The notes beneath the pieces were generated by a model. It saw nothing but the letters and a program-made list of their open reading frames with translations. It searched no databases and was not told the DNA's origin. A stretch of 64,000 bases of DNA, taken from positions 2,272,001 through 2,336,000 of the forward strand of contig OY970342.1 of assembly GCA_963717505.1 (NCBI GenBank). Reading direction: 5' to 3'. Both the position numbers and the translations under genes were made by a program. This document shows positions 37,497 through 45,268 of this stretch, in pieces (the stretch's first letter is position 1; every line of letters begins with the position of its first letter). Source of the stretch: Candidatus Eiseniibacteriota bacterium. GTDB lineage: Bacteria > Eisenbacteria > RBG-16-71-46.

Positions 37497-39440
37497 ATGA
37501 GTACCCGCCCCCGCCGCCGTCCACGTTCCATGCGCACGGTATTCCCGCCGTGGATTGTGCCGCTGGTCGTCCTGGCCGGGCTGCTCGCAGCCGTCCCGGG
37601 CCCGGCCGGTGCCCAGATCCAAATCAACGAACTTCGCGTCGATCAGTCAGGCACGGACAACGACGAGTACTTCGAGCTCAAGGGTCCGCCCAACACGCCG
37701 CTGACCGGCTACACGCTGCTGGTGATCGGCGATGGCACCGGCACCGCGTGCGGAACCATCGAAGCCGTCGTCGACCTAGGCCCCTACTCGATCCAGGCCG
37801 ATGGCTTCTTCGCCGGCGCCGAGCCGACGATCACGCTCGGCGGGATCGACCACATCTACACGGGCACCAACGCCCTGAACTTCGAGAACACCGACAATGT
37901 GACCTACCTGGTGGTCACCGGCTTCAGCGGAGCGCTCAACGGTGACATCGATACCAATGACGATGGCGTGATCGACAACGCACCCTGGACGACTCTGGTG
38001 GACGCGGTTGCGCTCGTGGGGCCGCCCGCGACGGTCAATTGCACAACCGGACCCGAGTACGTCTACACCACCACCACCGTCGGACCCGATGGCGCGGCCC
38101 CGCCCTTCTACGTGTTCCGCTGCGGCGACACCAACCTCTGGCGGGTTGGCGACGCGACCCTGGGGTCCAACGACACCCCCGGCGCCGCAAATCAGTCGTG
38201 CGCGGCTCCGTCCCCCGACATCCAGGACGAAGCCCGCAACCCATGCGTCCCGGGTCTCAATGCCGCGACGACCGCAACCGTAAAGGTGCGGCTGGCCACG
38301 AGCGCCAATCTACACTGGCGGGTCAACGGTGGCGCCGAAACCGTGGTCGCCATGACCGTGGACCACTCCGTGGGCGACACGACCTGGTTCGTGGGCACCA
38401 TCCCCGGACAGCCCAACAACGCTGCCCGGGTCGAGTACTACGTGATCGCCAGCAACGCCAACGGCAGCGACCAGGGCTTCAGCCAGGGTTACTTCGTCGG
38501 CACGACCCCGATCGGCAGCCTGCGCGTCAACGACGCCGATGGACTCAATGTCTACCGATTCTATGGCGCGCGCGTGCGCGGCAATGTCACGGCACCGCCC
38601 GGCGTGTTCAGCGCCGCGAACATGGACTTCTACATGCAGGACGCCACCGGCGGCATCAACGTGTTCCAGTTCGGCCCGCACCCCGAACAACCGCAACTCG
38701 GCGATGACATCACGGTGACGTCTTCGCTCATCCAGTTCAACGGCAAGCTGGAAATCGGGCCGGACGGGCCGTGCAACCTCCTCGACATCCAGGTCCACGG
38801 GCCGGGCACGCCGCCGCCGCCGATCCGGGTCAACGCCTGCACGCCGCCCGAGAGCTACGAGGGCAAGCTGGTCAAGATGTTCCATCTGACGCTGGCCACG
38901 GGCGCGGATCTCGCGTGGGTCAGCAATCGCAACTACCGCGGGACCAACTGCACGCCCTACGATTCGGCGACCGTGTTCATCGACGGCGATACCAACATCG
39001 ACGGCGCACCGATCACGGGCAACTACGTCGACGTGGTCGGGATCGGCAGTCAGTTCGATACCACGTTCCCGCTCACCGCGTTCTACGAGGTCATTCCTCG
39101 GGGCCTGGCGGACATCACTTATCTCGATCCGCTGAGCGTGGACGACGGGCCGGCGGCGGGCGGGTTGTGGCTCGGTCCGACCGTGCCGAATCCAGTCCAC
39201 CGGACGGCGGACATTCTCTACCGGATCCCGGGTTCGTCGGGTCAGGGGGTGCGGGTGAGGATCCAGGTGGTCGATGTCCAGGGGCGTTCGATCGCAACCG
39301 TGTTCGATGGCGTTCAGCCGCCGGGCGAGCACCACGTCACGCTCGATCGACGCGCGCTCTCCGGAACCGCAGGGGCGGTGCACTTCCTGCGGCTGGAAGT
39401 CGGGGGTGAGTCTGTGGTCCGGAAGCTGGTGTATCGCTAG
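37497..39440 (+). CDS. Secreted lamin-tail-like/Ig/OB-fold protein with C-terminal FlgD/T9SS-like domain
   Basis: AAGGAGG RBS; signal peptide; INELRVDQSGTDNDEYFELKG...TPGAAN (LTD-like); FYMQDATGGINVF and ESYEGKLV (ExeM/YhcR-like OB motifs); tail VPNPV...VVDVQGRSIATV. Confidence 0.8.
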   Translation: MSTRPRRRPRSMRTVFPPWIVPLVVLAGLLAAVPGPAGAQIQINELRVDQSGTDNDEYFELKGPPNTPLTGYTLLVIGDGTGTACGTIEAVVDLGPYSIQADGFFAGAEPTITLGGIDHIYTGTNALNFENTDNVTYLVVTGFSGALNGDIDTNDDGVIDNAPWTTLVDAVALVGPPATVNCTTGPEYVYTTTTVGPDGAAPPFYVFRCGDTNLWRVGDATLGSNDTPGAANQSCAAPSPDIQDEARNPCVPGLNAATTATVKVRLATSANLHWRVNGGAETVVAMTVDHSVGDTTWFVGTIPGQPNNAARVEYYVIASNANGSDQGFSQGYFVGTTPIGSLRVNDADGLNVYRFYGARVRGNVTAPPGVFSAANMDFYMQDATGGINVFQFGPHPEQPQLGDDITVTSSLIQFNGKLEIGPDGPCNLLDIQVHGPGTPPPPIRVNACTPPESYEGKLVKMFHLTLATGADLAWVSNRNYRGTNCTPYDSATVFIDGDTNIDGAPITGNYVDVVGIGSQFDTTFPLTAFYEVIPRGLADITYLDPLSVDDGPAAGGLWLGPTVPNPVHRTADILYRIPGSSGQGVRVRIQVVDVQGRSIATVFDGVQPPGEHHVTLDRRALSGTAGAVHFLRLEVGGESVVRKLVYR

Positions 39441-39478
39441 ACCACGCTCCAGGGCCAACCCGGAGAGGGGAGCGGAAC

Positions 39479-39661
39479 ATGAAAGACACTCGCGTGATGA
39501 TCGAGAGCCGGTGGCCCCCGCCGCCTAGCGAAGTTCCGCCCCCTCAGCCGCTGGAGGTGCCGGCCCCGACGCCACGGGTGCCGGCGCCTCCGCCCGAAAC
39601 GCCACCGCCGCCGAGCGAGGTGCCGCCGCCGCCGACGCCGGAGGTGTCCGAGCGGCGGTAG
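39479..39661 (+). CDS. Putative proline-rich microprotein (60 aa)
   Basis: GGAGAGGGGAG RBS before ATG; repeated PPPPSEVPPP; fills the intergenic gap. Confidence 0.45.
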   Translation: MKDTRVMIESRWPPPPSEVPPPQPLEVPAPTPRVPAPPPETPPPPSEVPPPPTPEVSERR

Positions 39662-39676
39662 AACTGCCGGGATGAC

Positions 39677-40393
39677 TCAGGTCGTGCCCGGCGTTTCGCT
39701 TCCGAAGGTTGTCGCGCCCCTGCGCCAGCGAGGCGTTCCGCCGTCGAGCAGCTCGGCCACGGTCACGGCGCGGAGCCCCGCCGCCGACGCATGACGCAGG
39801 ATCGGCTCGAGTGCCGCGATCGTCTGGCTGCGATCCGCGGGGCCGAGCGGGCTGCCGTCGTGCAGGATCGCGATCGAGCCGGGGCCGAGGCGCGTGACGA
39901 CGCGTTTCACGATGCGTTCGACCCCGGGTCGATACGGGTCCTCGGGATAGACGTCACCGAGCACCGGCTCGACGCCGAGCCCGCGCACGAACGCGGCCTG
40001 CCCGGGCATCATGAAACCGAACGCCGGCCGGTAGAACCGAGGCCTTGGGCCGCCCGCCGCCACCACGGCAGCGATGGAGCGCAGGACCTCGCGCCGGATT
40101 CCACCCGGGGGCAGCAGCGGCAGCGGCAGGTGAAGGTCGCCGTGCGCCGCGATCTCGTGACCTTCGTCGACCATGCGGCGAATGAGCTCGGGGGCGCGCC
40201 GCACGTTGGCGGCGAGCGTGAAGAACGTCGCCCGCGCGCCATGCCGGGAGAGCAGGTCGAGGATGAGCGGTGTGGCGTCGCGGCTCGGACCATCGTCGAA
40301 GGTCAGGGCAAAGCGATCGGAAGCACCTGGCACGCGGCACAGCAGATGGCCCCGCGCCCAGCTCGAGAACATCCTGGTGTGGAGAAGCGTCAT
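39677..40393 (-). CDS. Polysaccharide deacetylase (CE4/NodB)
   Basis: ALTFDDGP, ATFF, HEIAAHGDLH, FYRPAFG, IAILHDG. Confidence 0.9.
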   Translation of the reverse strand: MTLLHTRMFSSWARGHLLCRVPGASDRFALTFDDGPSRDATPLILDLLSRHGARATFFTLAANVRRAPELIRRMVDEGHEIAAHGDLHLPLPLLPPGGIRREVLRSIAAVVAAGGPRPRFYRPAFGFMMPGQAAFVRGLGVEPVLGDVYPEDPYRPGVERIVKRVVTRLGPGSIAILHDGSPLGPADRSQTIAALEPILRHASAAGLRAVTVAELLDGGTPRWRRGATTFGSETPGTT

Positions 40394-41547
40394 CCCGGTC
40401 CACCGTCCCGGCCGAGAGGCGCGACCGCGGCGCGCTGCCTGTCGATCGCGCGGCAGGCTACGACGCCCAGCACCGGGGCCAGTAGCGGGACTACATACCA
40501 CGCGCCGCCGCCCAGCGCTCGCGCCAACGCCGCCAGGGCACCGTACCAGAGCGGCAGCAGGACCACGCCCGAGAGGATGCGGGTGAAGGCGATGCGCTGA
40601 GGCTCGTTGCCGAACCTGCGCGCCACCCCCTCGATGGCGATCAGCGGAAGGGCGTTGACGGCGGCGCCGCCCGCAACCACCAGGCTGGTGAGCGTGCGCG
40701 CGGGGTCACGGGGTCCCGGCGCTCCCGCGTCGCTGGTCGGCGTGCGGGCGTGACCGGCCGCTGCGGTCAGCGCCGACTCGAGGCCCTGCGCCATCGTTCG
40801 TGTCAGCGCGTGCGCGGCGTCGTCCGGATCATCCATCGTGGGCTCGAGGGGGATGGGCTCGCCCACGGCGACATCGACCCGCGAGCGAAACGCGGTGCGA
40901 TCCTCGTAGTAGATTGCGACCGGAATCAACACCGGCGGTTCCGCGCAAGTGGCCCACGCCTCGAGGGCGAGCCGCGCCGCCCCGGTCTTGAGTGGTCCCA
41001 CGTTGCGGTCGTCTCCGCTCACGCCCTCGGGGAAGAACGCAATCACTTCACCGCGCCGGAATAGTGCGTGACCGCGATCGAACGTGCGTCGATTGAGTTC
41101 GATGCTCGCCGGACCCTCGTGGCGGAAGCGCAGCGGCATTGCCGCGAAAAGCTTCATCGCCAGTCCGCGAATCCACGGGCGGAACAGCGTTTCGTGGGCG
41201 ACGAAGTGAAGCTTGCGGCGCAGGGCCACGTCGAGGACGACGACGTCCGTCCACGCCGCGGGGTGGTTGGCCACCACCAGGACCGCGCCACGCCGCGGGA
41301 ACCGCTCGTCGCCGATCACAGCCAGCCGGCGAAAGTACACGCCCGCGGCGAGGTCCATCATCGACTGGGCGCCGGCGTAGGCGACCGCGACCAGGCTTCG
41401 CCCGATCCGCCGCGTCCACGAGCGATCCGGCAGCGACCATGACCTTCTGTCACTCGGCCTGCCGTTCCTGCGACCCCGATCGACCGAGGAGGCCGCCGGC
41501 GCGGAGCCCCCGGCCCCGCCCAATGCCCGCTTACGCATGGGAATCAT
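40390..41547 (-). CDS. Lysophospholipid/PlsC-type acyltransferase; start uncertain
   Basis: VANHPAAWTD (NHX4D), FFPEGVS, LKTGAARLA; C-terminal TM segments. Confidence 0.85.
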   Translation of the reverse strand: MIPMRKRALGGAGGSAPAASSVDRGRRNGRPSDRRSWSLPDRSWTRRIGRSLVAVAYAGAQSMMDLAAGVYFRRLAVIGDERFPRRGAVLVVANHPAAWTDVVVLDVALRRKLHFVAHETLFRPWIRGLAMKLFAAMPLRFRHEGPASIELNRRTFDRGHALFRRGEVIAFFPEGVSGDDRNVGPLKTGAARLALEAWATCAEPPVLIPVAIYYEDRTAFRSRVDVAVGEPIPLEPTMDDPDDAAHALTRTMAQGLESALTAAAGHARTPTSDAGAPGPRDPARTLTSLVVAGGAAVNALPLIAIEGVARRFGNEPQRIAFTRILSGVVLLPLWYGALAALARALGGGAWYVVPLLAPVLGVVACRAIDRQRAAVAPLGRDGGPG

Positions 41548-41658
41548 GGTGTTGCCGACCTCCGGCCCCCTCCGGTCCCGGAGAGGTCCAGGGATAGACT
41601 CGGCATGAGTCGTGCCTGAAGAGACTCCGGAAGCACCGATCAAGTGAGGATTCAGGCC

Positions 41659-43332
41659 ATGCTCCTGGTCAAGCCGTGGTTCACCGATGGCGCCGTGGTG
41701 CGGCGCTCGCGCGAGGTGGCCCGAGTGCTGACCGGTCATGGGCTCGGTGCGCTGGTCGATCAAACCGGACTCCGGCGCATGCCATTCCTCAGATTGCCCG
41801 GTTCGGCACAGGAGCCCCTGCGCCAGGCCCAGCGCCTGCGCGCAGCCCTGGGCGAGTTGGGCGCGACCTTCATCAAACTGGGCCAGACGCTCAGCACCCG
41901 CGCCGACCTGCTGCCCGCCGAACTGGTCGAAGAACTCTCCAAGCTCCAGGACTCGGCCCCGCCGGTGGCGCTCGACGACGTTCGACGCACGATCCGCGAG
42001 GATCTCGGCGACGAGCCAGAAGCGATCTTCGAGCGGTTCGACACGACCCCGATGGCCTCGGCTTCGATCGGCCAGGTGCACTCGGCCCGGCGCCGCGACG
42101 GCCGCGAAGTCGTAGTCAAGGTGCGCCGGCCCGGTGTCGCCGAGCAGGTCGAGGTCGATCTCCAGATCCTGGAGCGCATCGCCGACTGGGCCACGATCAA
42201 CACCACCTTTGGCCGCGACTACCAGTTGCGTCCGCTGGTCGACGAGTTCGCGTACACCATTCGCAACGAGCTCGATTACGTTCGCGAAGGCGAGAACGCC
42301 GACCGGTTCCGCCGCGCCTTCATCGACGACCACCGCGTGTGGATTCCGCAGGTGCACTGGGATCTGACGACGTCGCGCGTCCTGACCCTCGAGCGCGTCA
42401 CTGGAGTCAAGGTTTCGGACCTCGATGCCCTCGACCGGATGGGAGTCAGCCGGCGCGCGGTCGCCGAGAACGCGGTGCGGATCTTCCTGCACGAGGTGCT
42501 CGAGCTCGGCTTCTTCCACGCCGACCCGCATCCCGGCAACTTCTTCATCCAGACCGACGGCTCGCTCGGGATCGTCGACTTCGGCATGGTCGGGCGGGTC
42601 TCGGACACCTTGAGCCTGCGCCTGCTGCGCGCAGGACTGTCGGCGATCCACCAGGACGCCGAGGGGCTCGCCGAGGAGCTATACGCGCTCGGAGTCGCGG
42701 GTCCGCGCGCCGACCGCCAGGCCTTCCAGCGCGATCTGGATCATCTGATCGGACGCTATGGAGGTCGTTCGCTGCGCGAGCTGAGTGCCACCGCGGTGAC
42801 CCGCGAGCTGACCGGGATCGCGTTCCGGCACAAGCTGCAGCTGCCCGGCGAGCTGGCGCTGCTGTTCCGGGTGGTCGCAATGAGCGAGGGCCTCGGGCTC
42901 AGGCTCGATCCGGAGTTTCACTACCTCGAGTATGCGAGCCCGTTCTTTCGCCAGCGCTGGAACCAGTATCACGCGCTGCCCGAGATCGCGGGCCGCGTGG
43001 GTCGCGCCGCCGCCGACGCCGCCGAGCTGGGGATCGAGCTGCCGCGGCGCACCGGACGTCTGATGGGGCGTCTCGAGCGCGGCGAGCTTCAGCTCAATGT
43101 GCAGCACGAAGGTTTGGGCGAGCTGTCGCGCCAGTTCCAGCGAATGACCAACCGGCTGTCGCTCGCGATCATCCTGGCCGCCTCGGTGGTCGCCCTGGGG
43201 CTCGCGCTCGGCGTGGGCGCGCTTCCGGGGCGTGGGGTCTACGTCGAGTGGCTGTTCCGACTCGGACTGTTGTTCTCGCTCGGGTTCGGCGTGGCCGTGC
43301 TGTGGGGCATGTGGCGGGGCTCGCGACGGTGA
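41659..43332 (+). CDS. ABC1/UbiB family atypical kinase
   Basis: FIKLGQTLSTRADL, ASASIGQVH, VVVKVRRPG, FFHADPHPGN, DFGMVG; two C-terminal TM. Confidence 0.93.
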   Translation: MLLVKPWFTDGAVVRRSREVARVLTGHGLGALVDQTGLRRMPFLRLPGSAQEPLRQAQRLRAALGELGATFIKLGQTLSTRADLLPAELVEELSKLQDSAPPVALDDVRRTIREDLGDEPEAIFERFDTTPMASASIGQVHSARRRDGREVVVKVRRPGVAEQVEVDLQILERIADWATINTTFGRDYQLRPLVDEFAYTIRNELDYVREGENADRFRRAFIDDHRVWIPQVHWDLTTSRVLTLERVTGVKVSDLDALDRMGVSRRAVAENAVRIFLHEVLELGFFHADPHPGNFFIQTDGSLGIVDFGMVGRVSDTLSLRLLRAGLSAIHQDAEGLAEELYALGVAGPRADRQAFQRDLDHLIGRYGGRSLRELSATAVTRELTGIAFRHKLQLPGELALLFRVVAMSEGLGLRLDPEFHYLEYASPFFRQRWNQYHALPEIAGRVGRAAADAAELGIELPRRTGRLMGRLERGELQLNVQHEGLGELSRQFQRMTNRLSLAIILAASVVALGLALGVGALPGRGVYVEWLFRLGLLFSLGFGVAVLWGMWRGSRR

Positions 43333-43361
43333 CCGCCGGCTTCAGGCGAGGAGATTCGACC

Positions 43362-44087
43362 ATGAGACGCGAACGCTACGAGACCGTGACCCGGTTCGCG
43401 GATCGCCGCGAGGCCGGCGAGCTGCTGGCGACCGCCACGGCCGCCGTGGTTCGGGGCGACGCCGTGGTCGGCGGGATCCCACGCGGCGGACTGGCGGTGG
43501 CCGCACCGGTCGCGGAACTCCTTCGAGCTCCGCTCGTGCCCGTCTACGCGCGGAAACTGCCATGGCCGACCAACTCGGAGCTGGCCTTTGGCGCGATCGA
43601 CGACGACGGCGAGGTGATCGTCGATCCGTCGATCGAAGAACGGATGCGGCCGGATCCCGCCCAGATCGAATCGGTGCGCCAGCGGGTGTGGGAGAACATC
43701 GCGCAGCGCCGCGCGCTCTACGGCGCCTCCGGGCTCGGGCCGTGGATTCCAGGGCGCACGGTCGTCCTGGTCGACGACGGACTGGCGACCGGTTTCACCA
43801 TGCGTGCCGCGCTGGCGTATGCGCGCCGGCACGGTGCCAAGAAGGTGGTGGTCGCCACGCCCTGCGCCTCGGAGCATGCCGCGCGCTGGTTCCGCGCCCA
43901 CGCCGATCAATTCGTTGCGCTGATCGTGGATCCCGATTTCCTTGCCGTCGGGGCGTACTACGACGACTTCACCACCGTCGAAGATCGCGACGTCGTCGTC
44001 ATCCTGAACGACGCACGCTCGCGTTCCCGGCAACCCACGCCCGGCCAGGAGGCCGGGAGAGAGGAGAGAGGTCATGGCACTCAATGA
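43362..44087 (+). CDS. Phosphoribosyltransferase family protein
   Basis: FADRREAG, GIPRGG, VVLVDDGLATG PRPP motif, AVGAYYDDF; GAGGAG RBS. Confidence 0.9.
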   Translation: MRRERYETVTRFADRREAGELLATATAAVVRGDAVVGGIPRGGLAVAAPVAELLRAPLVPVYARKLPWPTNSELAFGAIDDDGEVIVDPSIEERMRPDPAQIESVRQRVWENIAQRRALYGASGLGPWIPGRTVVLVDDGLATGFTMRAALAYARRHGAKKVVVATPCASEHAARWFRAHADQFVALIVDPDFLAVGAYYDDFTTVEDRDVVVILNDARSRSRQPTPGQEAGREERGHGTQ

Positions 44088-44568
44088 GCGTCTACGCAAG
44101 CTTCTCGAAAAGGAGAAGGTTCCCTACGACCTGGTGCTGCATCGCGAGGCTTACACCGCGCAGGAAATCGCACAGGCCAGTCACGTCGCCGGCCGTCTGC
44201 TGGCCAAGCCGGTGGTGGTGCGCGAATCCGAGAACCGGTTCTACATGGCGGTGGTCTCGGCGCCGCAGCACGTCGATCTGGCCAACCTCCATCGCATGAC
44301 CGGACGTCCCAAGGGCCGCCTGGCGACCGAGGACGAGCTGCGGCGCCTGTTCCCGGACTGCGAGCTGGGGGCGATGCCGCCGATCGGCAGGCTGTACGAC
44401 ATGCCGCTGTACATCGACCAGGAGTTCCGCGACCAGGAGGACATCTATTTCCAGGCCGGGAACCACAACGAGGTCGTGAAGATGCGCTTCGACGACTTCG
44501 AAAGGATCGCGGGGCCGTTTACCGGCGAGTTCCCGGTCCATCGCGAGATTTCGAAGATCGGAGGCTAG
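44074..44568 (+). CDS. YbaK/EbsC family aminoacyl-tRNA deacylase-like protein
   Basis: HREAYTAQEIA, LAKPVV, FPDCELGAMPPIG, FQAGNH. Confidence 0.9.
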   Translation: MALNERLRKLLEKEKVPYDLVLHREAYTAQEIAQASHVAGRLLAKPVVVRESENRFYMAVVSAPQHVDLANLHRMTGRPKGRLATEDELRRLFPDCELGAMPPIGRLYDMPLYIDQEFRDQEDIYFQAGNHNEVVKMRFDDFERIAGPFTGEFPVHREISKIGG

Positions 44569-44743
44569 CGGGCTCGAGAGCCACGTCGACCGCGGGGACC
44601 CGTTCGCGGCCACCGGCACCCGCGTGCGTTCGCTGCCGCTTTCCGGACGGGGATTCGTCTGGGCGTAGTCGGGGCTAGCGCTCGGGAGAGTCCCGGCGGC
44701 GGTGGCGAGTGCGTCTGGCACTCGACCGTGCTAGCTTCGCCTC

Positions 44744-45193
44744 GTGAATCGGATGGGGATCATAGCGGTACTGCTGGCCTTGGCGGCCGCGGGCTGCGCC
44801 AAATCGAAGACGGCGTCTCCGCCGGCCACGACGCCGGCGGTTCCGCACGTTTCGGTGTCCGAAGCCGTGGCTCGGATGGACCGCGGCGAGGCCGTTCTGA
44901 TCGACGTTCGTGAGCGCGACGAGGTGATCGAGGGCATGGCCGCGCCCGCGATCTGGCTGCCGATGTCCTCGATCAACAGCGACGACGCGGTGTGGCGCGG
45001 CTTCCTCGACACGATGCAGGAGCATCCCGACCGGCAGGTCATCGCCTACTGTCGGTCCGGCAACCGATCGGGGCAAGTCGCCGCCGAGCTTGCGGCGCGA
45101 GGCTACAAGGTCGCCAACATGGGTGGCTTCTCGGACTGGGTGGCGTCCGGTCAACCCACCAAGCGACCCGACAACCCCGAACCGGGCAAGTAG
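44744..45193 (+). CDS. Rhodanese-like lipoprotein
   Basis: Lipobox AAAGC; LIDVRE, YCRSGNRS, NMGGFSDW. Confidence 0.88.
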   Translation: MNRMGIIAVLLALAAAGCAKSKTASPPATTPAVPHVSVSEAVARMDRGEAVLIDVRERDEVIEGMAAPAIWLPMSSINSDDAVWRGFLDTMQEHPDRQVIAYCRSGNRSGQVAAELAARGYKVANMGGFSDWVASGQPTKRPDNPEPGK

Positions 45194-45268
45194 GGTCCCG
45201 GCGAGAGTGGAAGCTGGGAACGGTCGCGACGCTCATGCTGCCCAGCCCCAAGTAGCCGAAGCGGATCC

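Noticed and set aside
44715-44735. TGGCACTCGACCGTGCTAG as a CIRCE or sigma54 site
   Set aside because: Spacing fits neither; better explained by the extended -10 element.
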